A DNA stretch of 64,000 nt from Adineta vaga (taxonomy: Eukaryota; Animalia; Rotifera), in the NCBI GenBank assembly GCA_021613535.1, contig CP075494.1, positions 16,368,001-16,432,000 on the forward strand, in the 5' to 3' direction. The position numbers and the translations under genes are program-made. The notes beneath the pieces are model-generated. The model did not search any database and was not told the DNA's origin. It worked only from the letters and a program-made list of their open reading frames with translations. This document shows positions 37,701-49,100 of this stretch, in pieces; the first letter of the stretch is position 1, and each line of letters opens with the position of its first letter.

Positions 37701-39500
37701 AAAATTTCACGTGTCCCATCTCTCATTCATATCCATATCTACACTCGTTTAATTAATCAACGATCTATCAGAATAAATAAACTCTGTCATCACCACGTTC
37801 AGTATTTCACACATATCTCTAGAATGGACAGGGTAATACGTATCCATTCTACATTCTTCTTCAACACAAACCATTCTCACCGTCTAGCATGGAATCCAAC
37901 TAAAGACGAAGGAGCACAGCGTTTGGCTGATGCTCTTCGAGTTAACACAGTAGTCACCATTCACACTTTCACTTTCCCATTCACTGATCATGCTCTCCTT
38001 TTCAGACACTCACCACACTAGATCTTCGGAAGAATCAAATCGGCGATGAAGGAGCACAGCGCTTGGCTGATGCTCTTCGAGTTAACACAGTAATCATCAT
38101 TCACACTTTCACTTTCTCATTCACTGATCTTCGTCTCCTTTTTAGACACTCACCAAACTACATCTCTCAGGGAATCAAATCGGCGCTGGAGGAGCCCAGT
38201 ACTTGGCTGATGCTCTTCGAGTTAATACAGTAATCATCATTCACACTTTCACTTTCTCATTCACTGATCATGCCCTTTGATTTAGACGCTCACCACACTA
38301 CAGCTCCTGAGGAATCAAATCGGTGCTGAAGGAGCACAGTACTTGGCTGATGCTCTTCGACTTAATACAGTAATCATCATTCACGCTTTCACTTTCTCGT
38401 TCACGGATCTGATCATACTCTCCTTTTCAGACACTCACCGTACTATATCTCTGGGGGAATCAAATCGGTGCTGAAGGAGCACAGCGCTTCGCTGATGCTC
38501 TTCGACTTAATACAGTAATCATCATTCACACTTTCACTTTCTCATTCACTGATCATGCTCTCCTTTTTAGACACTCACCAAACTACATCTCTCAGGGAAT
38601 CAAATCGGCGCTGGAGGAGCACAGTACTTGGCTGATGCTCTTCGAGTTAATACAGTAATTATCATTCACATTTTCACTTTTTCATTCACTCGTCATACCC
38701 TTCTATTTAGACACTGACCTGCCTATATCTCTTATGCGATCAAATCAGCTATGCAGGAGCACAGCGCTTGGCTGATGCTCTTCGAGTTAATACAGTAATC
38801 ATTATTCACACTTTCACTTTCTCATTCACTGATCATGATCTCCTTTTCAGACACTCACCATACTACTAGATCTCTCAGAGAATCAAATCGGCGATGAAGG
38901 AGCATAGTACTTGGCTGATGCTCTTCAAGTTAATACAGTAATCATCATTCACACTTTCACTTTCTCTTTCACTCATCATACTCTCCTTTTTAGACACTCA
39001 CCACACTACATCTCTCAGAGAATCAAATCGGCGCTGGAGGAGCCCAGTACTTGGCTGATGCTCTTCGAGTTAATACAGTAATCATCATTCACACTTTCAC
39101 TTTTTCATTCACTCATCGTACCCTTCTATTTAGACACTGACCATGCTACATCTCTCAGAGAATCAAATCGACGATGCAGGAGCACAGTACTTGGCTGATG
39201 CTGTTCGAGTTAATACAGTAATCATCATTCACACTTTCACTTTCTCATTCACTGATCATGATCTCCTTTTCCGACACTCACCATACTACTAGATCTCTCA
39301 GAGAATCAAATCGGCGATGAAGGAGCACAGTACTTGGCTGATGCTCTTCAAGTTAATACAGTAATCATTATTCACAAGTCCAGTTTCTCATTCATTGCTC
39401 ATGCTGTCCTGTTTAGACACTAGCCTTGCTAGATCTCACAGGGAACGGAATCAGCGGTAAAGGAGCAGAGCGGTTTGCTGATGCTTTGCGGATTAAGCTG
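34780..39500 (+). CDS. F-box exon (34780-34920) + tandem array of 12 single-LRR exons (NLRC3/RI-type, ~37880-39500); some exons are defective
   Basis: MMYTFTTLPIELFYRILDQL..RYQ|gt; 84-87 nt phase-0 exons TLTxLxLxxNQIGxEGAQxLADALRVNT|gtaatc...ag repeating every ~140 bp. Confidence 0.75.
35560..36330 (-). mobile_element. Decayed Tc1/mariner-like transposase remnant in intron
   Basis: Broken frames with WRKVV-like and WP..S.D.NPI-like segments. Confidence 0.35.
36833..36928 (+). repeat. 28-bp tandem repeat, 3 copies plus a partial
   Basis: aaaaagcctgtattatctgttgcacttc(c) repeated. Confidence 0.9.
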
Positions 39501-40449
39501 GTAAGCTTTATTGCGTTTTGGTGTTTGCCATATATGCTTTTTGCTTTTCATTTTAGTGTAGGTTTGTGAAGTAAAACGTTGATTGATCGAATCTGGAATC
39601 TCTGTCGAATCTAAGGAGACATTTGTGATATAGTTTATTGAAGAGTTGTAAGAAAGGTTTATAAAATAAAATATTACTCTGCATGGTTTTAACCGTAGAA
39701 TGGATTTTGGCAACTTCAAACATTTTCGAATGATTTATATATTGTAGGAAAGAATTGTAGAAAGGGTACATCTTTCTGACATACAATTCAAGTGAAGAAC
39801 GCACTACGTGTAATTGGAGTCTGCTGAATTTATGCTGATTTTCCCTTATATGATTCATGGTGGTTTGTAGCTGACTGTTCGCGCTCCATGGATTTTGAAT
39901 TAATGAGATAAACGGTAGGAACAGAGAAAAAAAGAAACGATATTTTAGAGAAGTTATGGCTCTGCACTGTTTTGCTTTGTTAAGCATAATTCAACTGCTT
40001 CTTTCGTTATCATTCGGAAAAATGAATGACATAGTTCTCGATGCGTGGTAGCGTAATAACGTTTTTTGACAACTAACTTTATCAAAATCTGAGTAATTCA
40101 TATATGACATCAGTTTGCATATGGAAGAGGAAGGAAAGAAATAACGTCTAGCGTGCATAAGAGTAGTGAATTTGAATATAGTAGAGAAGTACAACTGATT
40201 TTAAATTTCATGAAGCATGTTACATCTACAACTAACATTTTTCTGATGGTATGATATGAAAAAATCTTAAACTCTCATTTTTTTTTGTTGCTCCAACTGC
40301 AAAGAGGCTATTAGACAGAAAAATAGCAATACGTTCATATGTATATTTGTCGCTGATCAAAAATCAAAAGTCAAACTTTTAACAAATGCAGGATATCAAA
40401 CTATACTATGGGGCACCAATGGGTCCTAGATTGAAAACTAGTAGACAAA

Positions 40450-40930
40450 CGTATTATTCAATAAGAAAGTGGAGAGCGTACAACTGGACAGTTCGATATT
40501 GAGGACCTTAAAGTCGATTAATCGAATTTTGACGTTCAGAAGCTCTATAATCACGTATCAAAACGTTAAAACTGCGCGGTAAAATGTTCGAAATAATAAA
40601 ACACAACGGTAACGTGAATGATTGATAAGGTTTTCAAGCGAATAGTCGTCAGTGGCAAGGACTAACAATGGGCTGCTTCTCATAGCACTTCTTGCTATAA
40701 CTATGAAAAATATCTAGTAGGTTTAAATTCAGAAGCACTGGATATATGAGAATCGTGCAATGAGCTCCTCAAATTCATTTGTGGAAGGCTGAATATGAAT
40801 GAGAATATAATGTTTGTGAACAGATTTTTGGGGAGCATACTTCCGTCGTTTTTATGGGAAACGTGCTTTAAGATTATTTTACCTTCATTAGATATTATGG
40901 TCGAAGATCATGCGAGTCACTCTTGAGGAA
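40450..40930 (+). mobile_element. Possible decayed Tc1/IS630-like transposase remnant
   Basis: WAAS.., FICGRLN, EDHASH-like fragments in broken frames. Confidence 0.25.
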
Positions 40931-41544
40931 TTTTAGTTATTCTATATGACGCTAGATATGTAAAGTTTATAGAAATATTCAGCAGAATAGTTTAAGTTTT
41001 CATTGGATTCTTTTTCATTCTAAGACTGAAAAAATACGGTAAGAGCATTTCTTTTATTCTTAACATTCTTTTGTAAAATTAACATGTTCTTCCCAAGAGA
41101 AAATAAGTCAGCTGAAGTTTCAATTCGAAATCCGTTCAGGTTCGGTCCCATACCTTTTCCAATTTGACGTTCATTGTTCATAAAAAATGTATTATTAGTT
41201 GCGATTAAGTTAGTTCATTTATTTGTATGAATACACGAAAGAGAATTTTTTTTATTAAATTTAATTCTTCAGTTTATTTTGATTTTTAATATTGATAAGA
41301 ATTACTCTCTGTTCAAAATGGAATCAGAACATAGTGTTTTCATTAATGAAAAGAGACCTGGTCGAAAAATGACCAACCGAATTAATATATAAATATTTGA
41401 ATACCAAAAAAACGAGAACGATGTTTGTTTCGAAATCAAATAATCATTGTGTTCAACATTGGGTGAGGGTGTGGGGTAGAGAGTGAAAATGCGGACTTTA
41501 CCGGCGGCTATTAAACAAGAAGTGTCTTGCTCGGAAATATCAAT

Positions 41545-41900
41545 CAATCATTATGGAAATGGTAGTTTCAAAGATTTAGTTTTGCACTCAGCTAATGATA
41601 ATAGTCATCCGAACTCGATAACTATTAGAGACGTTATGAATGATCATTAGGCTCGACATTGCTACAGGAAAGTATGCAATTAATACTATTGCATTATTTT
41701 TAGGACATTGTAATGGAAGCGTTCCAGATGCGATTATACTAATAAGTGAGAATGATTCTGAACTAAATTATATTGTCATAGATGATGTAATGATGATGAT
41801 TGGAAAGATTTAGTTCTTGCAGAAGAAATGACTTTTACAACTGGTTCGTACACAGCGACATGGACACTTGCAAGTGGAGATTTTAATGAAGATAATAAAT
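41545..41900 (+). pseudogene. FG-GAP/VCBS-repeat gene fragment
   Basis: YGNGSF..HPNSITIRDV.ND..LDIA....NTIALFLG..NG and LASGDFNED with stops and frameshifts; preceded by a half linker at 41460-41476. Confidence 0.6.
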
Positions 41901-43468
41901 AACGTTTCTCGAGGGTAACTCAGTGGGAATAGTGGTCAAAAAATGTTTTTTGAACTCTGTTTGGAGCAATACAATCACTTTTCTGCTAGTGTCAAAATAG
42001 TCAATACTACTAGTGTATATGTTATTCTAAATAAGAGCGATATACTGACATCCGGTTTTAATAATGTCTCGAAAAAATCGAAGTATTGAAAAATTGTCTC
42101 ATATCGAGCTGTGATCCTTTGTCAGTTCATATGTCAATTAAAAGTTAAAAAAATATCAACCAAAACGTGTTTGTATTTGATTTCGATATCGATGAATAGT
42201 TAATTGAAATTCCTGTTTTGTAAAATTTCGATGGCGTAACAAAAATTAAAAAAGTAAATATTGATGGAATTACAGATAGAAAATCATCCTGATAAATATA
42301 ACTGTACATCTTCAATTGAATATGATGAACATTTCGATGTAAAAACGATAATTAAACGTGGTATTGCAAGTAAAATTAAAACAATTGGTCCAACAAATAA
42401 ATATTTACGTTAAGAAACTTGTTTCTTTTTAACTGTATATGTTTGACGTGATTTAATTGTAATTAAAATAATTGATGAAATAATATTAATTATAAATGGA
42501 ATAAAAGAATAAATAATATGAATAATTGAATTATATATTTGCAAATAAGATGGATAAGTAACGATACAATTTTTATTGCTCAACTATTTATTATCAACTA
42601 TTTGTTAACTTTCGAAAACAAAAATTCTCAACTTTTTGGGCGACGAGGACCCATCATGCGCGCACCTAACATGGGCCACTTTCAGTGTTTATCTTTTGTT
42701 TTTTCGTCACATACATGAAGTTTGAAGTTGGACATTGCCACAAACATACAAACTATTTTATTTTATATGACCCTCCTTACAGTGGAGGGAAAATTAAAAA
42801 AATAATCAGTCTTATTCAATGAGAAGTTTTCTTATACCCAGAAACGTTGCGAAAACACCTTTTGACGCGTTATGGTTTGATATTTCACTCATTTGTTAAA
42901 CACTTTGCTCTTTCTAATCAAAAAAGAATCAAATCTCTATCACAGTCGATAACAGTAGATTATCAAGAAAAGTCAAGACAGAACTTTTGCCTCATCCGTT
43001 GTTATTTTCTTCTTTCTAAATACGTTTTTCTGATAAACATAAAGAAATTCCTCTCACATTCATCATCATTCGAAAACTTCAATGATGCCTGATAAGAATA
43101 TTCGTATGTGATGTTATTGTGATATTGAGAAACTAATAATTTTAATTTTTCTTTTTTTTTCGTATAATCATTCTTTTTGCATTTGAAAATCATACAAATC
43201 AACAACCATTTTTTTATTTTGCGAACAATTAGTCATATGTGAAATCATGAGATAGGATGGGATGAGAGAAATGTTTTTTCTCCCTTCCCGTGGATTGCAC
43301 GCGAAACATTTCTATCCCGTTTTATCGTGTTCTGTCTGTTTGGAGCCATACCAGTTTAAATGATTCATTATCGACAATAAAATATGCACTTTCTTCTTTC
43401 TTTTTTTCTCTCACATTTCAACATATTAGTAAAAAGTATTATATACGAGATTTGTTTCAGATATTAAA

Positions 43469-45398
43469 ATGGAACACGAAAAACGTCATAAAAGTGATGA
43501 TTTTTCTAATTCTTATGGAACTGAAAAAATGAAACAAGATGTAGTGATAATAACGAAATGGTAAGTCTATTAAAAGAAAAATAACATATAGTTTCTTTAT
43601 CTAATAAATATAACTTAAATTTTCCAGCAATTCAAATGAAAATATTTCAAGTTTCGAAAATCTTGCTAATGAAATCATTTATGAAATATTTAATTATATC
43701 GATTTTTATCATATTTATCAATCTTTTTATAATCTTAACGATCGATTTCGATCTTTTCTTTTACGATCAATACTTTCAATTAAAATTAATAGTAATTTTA
43801 TTTCTCAAAAAAACTTCGATTGTTACAATCGTGATATAATTATACCTAATATACATCGAATTCATATTTTACGAGTTACAAATTATTTTATATTTACTAC
43901 TCAAGCATTTATCTTCTCTCAAATGACATCTCTTCGAACATTAATTCTAGAAAATATTGAACCAAAATCTTTGAAAAATGTTCTTGAACAAATATCTTCA
44001 TTACCATTTCTTTATTCGTTAACTATTAGTACCACTGATGGGGTTCATGATATAAATTCTGTTTATAAACAAATATTTCGTTTATCTTCTTTACGATATT
44101 GTAAATTATCATTAATAACGTTAGATTTCGATACAAATTTTCTATTTGTCAATGAATATAGTCCAATCGAACACTTAATTATCGATGATGAAATACATAT
44201 TCAACAACCAATAAACTATTTGTCATATGTTCCTCATCTTCGTTCTTTGTCAACAGATTTAGGTGATCTTTTTCATTTTCCACCAGTAAACTGGTCGCAT
44301 CTAAATATGAAGAATTTAACACAACTTTCTTTAAAACTTGACAATATAACATTTCATAATTTGGAACTAATGTTTCTCAATATTTTTCCTTTCGTTGAAG
44401 TTTTACATATTTCAGGTAAAGTCATATATATCAATGCGAAATTATGGGAACACATTATATCATCATTTCTACCCCGTCTACGTATTTTTGATGTTTTCTT
44501 TCAAAGTCTTCCGTGTCGCCATGATGAAAGATGCATTGATGAACAACAAGTTCATCTTTTCAAATCTTCATTTTGGATTGAGCGAGGCTGGTTTTTCGAA
44601 TATTTAATACATTCAGAAGAAAATTATGATCAATGGATTTTCTGTTCAACAAATCCATATAGGTAATTCATTTCTGATTGATTTTAATCAATATTATTCT
44701 TATCTTTTAGAAGAAAAACCTATTCAATATACATACCAACAGAAGAAGATTATCAGAAATGTTATCACTCAGTTGATCATGTTCAAATTGGAAATCGAAC
44801 ACAATTAGAAAAATGTTTGAAATATTTTCTAAATGCAACTGAACTTACTTTCGAAAAAGATTTTGTTATTAACGATGAAAATTTAATAATAACCGATCTG
44901 AATAGAATTCTACGGTTAACAAAATTGAAAACTCTCGTTTTTAAATGTCATTATATTTCATTTGAACAAATCATCAAACTTTTATTAGTTACTTCTAATA
45001 TTCAAACATTAACTTTAGAAAAAATTCACTTTAACAAGAATAACAATACAAACTTTCAAGATAATGAATTATTCCAATCATTTTCCAATACAAATATTAT
45101 TAGAAATCTTATGATTCGAGAAATATTTCCATTAGTAAATACTTATTTATTTTTTATTTTATATCCTCATTTACAACATCTTCAAATAGAGATCATTGAT
45201 ACGGAAAATATTGAATTGATAATACAACTTCTACTAGATACAAATAATCAAAATACTTGTCATTTGATATCATTATGCCTTCATACAAACAGATCCGACG
45301 CGTATTCGGATTACATCGAACTTCTACCGAATTATAAAGAACTACTTGTTCAATGGAAAGTCAAACATATTTTATTCGACATGTACTTTTGGAAATAG
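43469..45398 (+). CDS. F-box-like/LRR protein (exons 43469-43560, 43628-44662, 44711-45398)
   Basis: SSFENLANEIIYEIFNY; SPIEHLII; FWIERGWFF; STNPYR; exons splice in frame. Confidence 0.85.
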
Positions 45399-45610
45399 TA
45401 TAACTTCTCTTTTTTCACTTATATCTGTGCTGTTTAAGTAAATAAAAAAGAATCACACCGTCGAACTGATAGTTTTGATGATTTTCAAACTGCTAATGAT
45501 TGGAAAGAACAATCAATAGTAATAAAGAATGAGTGAGTAATATGAGCATCTTAATTATTTAAGAAAAAACCTGATTTATTTGTTAGAGTATCGAAAAATG
45601 AGCGTGAGAA

Positions 45611-45699
45611 TGAGGGGTGTGAAGTGAAGCTATGAGTTTGAGAATAAATCCTGGTACTTCCTCTAACTCTGCGCTCTCAATCACACCCTCACCCTCACC
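45611..45699. repeat. Inverted telomere-like linker element (copy 12, long spacer)
   Basis: tgaggggtgtg ... cacaccctcaccctcacc. Confidence 0.7.
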
Positions 45700-46038
45700 A
45701 TTGGAGGTCTTCCAGAAATGTGTCGGAACTATTTTATAAAATATCGAAAATATTTTAGATATTTTCAATAGATTTTGAAAAATGCTTCAGAAATCTCTAA
45801 AAATTTTCTGAAAGTAATTGCATATTTCCAAAAGCTTTTCAAAAGTTTGTCAAAAACTTATCGATCTCTATGGCATTTTTCCAATCTCAGAACCATCCTA
45901 TTTTCATTCTTCTCAAAAGGATTTTCTAGCTACGTGCTTGTTTTAAATATTAGCCTTTTATCTAATGTACTGAATGTAAGGATATTTATAAATTTATCTT
46001 TTGCCATTTCTCACATATTTCGCATAGCGTGTCATTCA

Positions 46039-46092
46039 TGAGGGTGCGGGTTAATTGTATAGCTTGACCGACATCCATGCCCACACCCACCC
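46039..46092. repeat. Inverted telomere-like linker element (copy 13)
   Basis: tgagggtgcggg-ttaattgtatagcttga-ccgacatccatgcccacacccaccc. Confidence 0.9.
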
Positions 46093-46178
46093 GATGGCCT
46101 TCTCGGGAATAAATTACGATTACAATATGTTCATTTTTTATTAATGAATAAAAAATAGAATTGTTTGCATAATTTTTC

Positions 46179-49100
46179 TCAAGGATTAGCAAGTCCATAA
46201 ACATCTGCAGCACTCAGTTCTCGTGAATAAACACGAAATTCATCCAAATATCCATTAAAAACTGTTGATTTAATCGATAATCTATTACATGTCGTACCAT
46301 TAAGTGCATTTCCTAATGTTAAAATATTAATTTGTCCCGATGCTCCATAAGACATTGAACTAGTTGTACTATAATATATTCCATTAATATATAGCTGAAG
46401 TCCATTTTTTGATGAATAAGTTGTAGTAATATGTGTCCAAATATTTGTTTGTAAAATAGGTCCAACAATTTCTTTTCCACTCGAAAACCAATTAATAACA
46501 ATAAGTTCACCAGTTAATCGAAATCCCATAAGAGTAGTACACCATCCGTTTCCATTTGTTTGCGTTGAGAGATGAACAAGAATTCCTCCATTTATTGATG
46601 TTGGCTTAACCCACAAAGATATTGAATACGAACTATTAGAAATTCCAAGAAGAACAAATCCAGAAATTTGATAAAAAGATAAATTTGAATTAAAACTTAA
46701 AGCTTGATTAACTTTCCCGGAAACTAAAGTGACATCATTCACTGTTGAAATTAATCCAAGTGGACCTGAATCATTAAATGGTATATTATCAAATGAATGC
46801 CACGTTGTTAATGTAGCATCTGTAAGAATTTCTATATCAGTTTTGATTCTCATATTTAATTCAACGTTATCAATATAACTAAACAAAAGAAAAAAGAAAA
46901 AGATTCTTTTTTCATAACCACAAAACAATATTTTACCCATGAAAACATTGATATACACTAAAATCATCTAAATATGCTCCAATAATTATTGAACCATTAG
47001 TACCTAAATATGGTCCAGCTGAACTACGACGACAATCTTTATAACCATTTAAATAAATATTTTGTGATCGTAATCTATAATCATAAACAAAAGCAACATG
47101 ATACCAAGTATTTATTGATAATGTTGTTGCACATGAAAGATTATCATCATAAAATCCCATATATAAACGATTATTTAGAATGGCTAAATGTAATAAACGA
47201 TCTTTTGCTGGTGAATCATGTTGAGAAAATAATCCATAACTCATCGTATCATTTAATAAGATTGGATAAATCCACATTTCTACTGTAAAACTAACATTAG
47301 CAAAGTTTTTCAATGTTGATATTGATATATATTGTGTATTATTACGAACAAGTTTTAATGCATATCCATTACCATCAATACTTGATGATATATAACTAGC
47401 AGAATTGACAATTGTTCCATTTAAATTTAATAAACTATCAAGTGTATTATTATCAAATTTCCATAAACTAGATGAACTATATGTATAATAAATTGTACCT
47501 AAATAATATTAATAAAAAAAAAACGTTTTAATTCTGTTTTAAAAAAATTCTACAAAACAAACTTTGAGCTAATTGAGCAATTTCATTGTATGATAATTCA
47601 CGAGAAAAGATTTTCAATTCATCAATCTTTCCTCGAAATTGTGAAGGAATAATTTGTGTTGTATTAATTGAACAATTATTTATTGAAATTGAATTTCCAA
47701 TAATAATTGTATTGAATTGATCATTCGCTAAATAACTATAATCATTATCATATCCATTTATAAATAATCCATTAAGAAATAATTGTATACCATTTAAATT
47801 TGAATATGTTATTACAATATGTGTCCATTGATTTAATAAAATGATTCCAGATGAATATGTTATTGAATAAATTCCATTTGTACCCTTTATTTGAATTGTT
47901 AAATGACTTGAAGAATCATAACCAATCATTGGTATACACGATGACAGGGAATTAATCTAATTATAATAGAAATTAAAATAAAGAATAGAAAAAGAATTAA
48001 GAATTTTACTTGAAGAATTGTTCCATTATTAATAAATGGATAAATCCATAAGGAAAATGAAAAAGAATAATTTGATAAACCAAGATAATATAAATTATTT
48101 ATTTGAAAATAAGATAAATTTGTTGAATTAATTAATAATGATTGATTAAATCGACCTTGTAAATCAAATGTTGTTGAAATAAATGTTGTATTTATCATTT
48201 GATTTGGTCCATTATCATTATATGAATTATCAAATGGAAAATAAACAACAAGTGTTGCTTCATCAAGTAATTCATTTGCAGATTTAATACCTTTAAAAAA
48301 TGTTAATTTATCAATAAAACCATTTTGAGGTGTAATTACATTAACAACTGGTATTGCACCGATAGTTAATGAATTTGCATTACCATGGAATGGAGAATTA
48401 GGAACTCGACTTCCATCAAGAATTCCATTTAAATAAACAAATTGTTTTGATAAAATTGGATCATGTATAAAAGCAACGTGATACCATTGATTGAAATTTA
48501 AAAGTGTATTTCCTATTAAATCATCACTAAAATAACCAAGAAGAAGTTTTGTATTAAATATCCCCATTTGAAAACACATATCTTTATAAAAAGCTGGACA
48601 ATAAATAAATAATGGAAAATAAGCATTTGATGGAAGTGTATTTGGTAACCATATCCATGCTGATACAGTAACACGTATTGAACTTAAATTAAAATCTTTA
48701 TTTATAATCATATAACTATTTGCTGTAAAACGAATTGCACTTCCATAACCAGCATAACCCGGTGACATCCATGTGACATTTATTGTATTAAATAATAGTC
48801 CATTGTAATTACCATAAACATCATTGAAATTTCCATCGAATAACCATTGAATATTACCGGTTGGATCTAGGAGATTTTATTCAATTTTGAAAAAAAAACA
48901 ATTTAAAAGGATAATATTCTAAAGTATCTAACAAAAAATAATTGATGTACAACTAACCTGATATTGGTGGTGTTTGCACCGTGTTTACTTTTATAAATTT
49001 TTGGATACGATGATTATCAAAATCTCCAATATACATATTCATTGCAGAATCAAATGCAATACCTCTTGGAAGGTTTAATTGTGTGGCACTGTTACCAGCG

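Noticed and set aside
37880-39500. CRISPR-like regular repeat array
   Set aside because: The units are LRR exons with GT-AG introns; there are no unique spacers or cas genes, and the context is eukaryotic.
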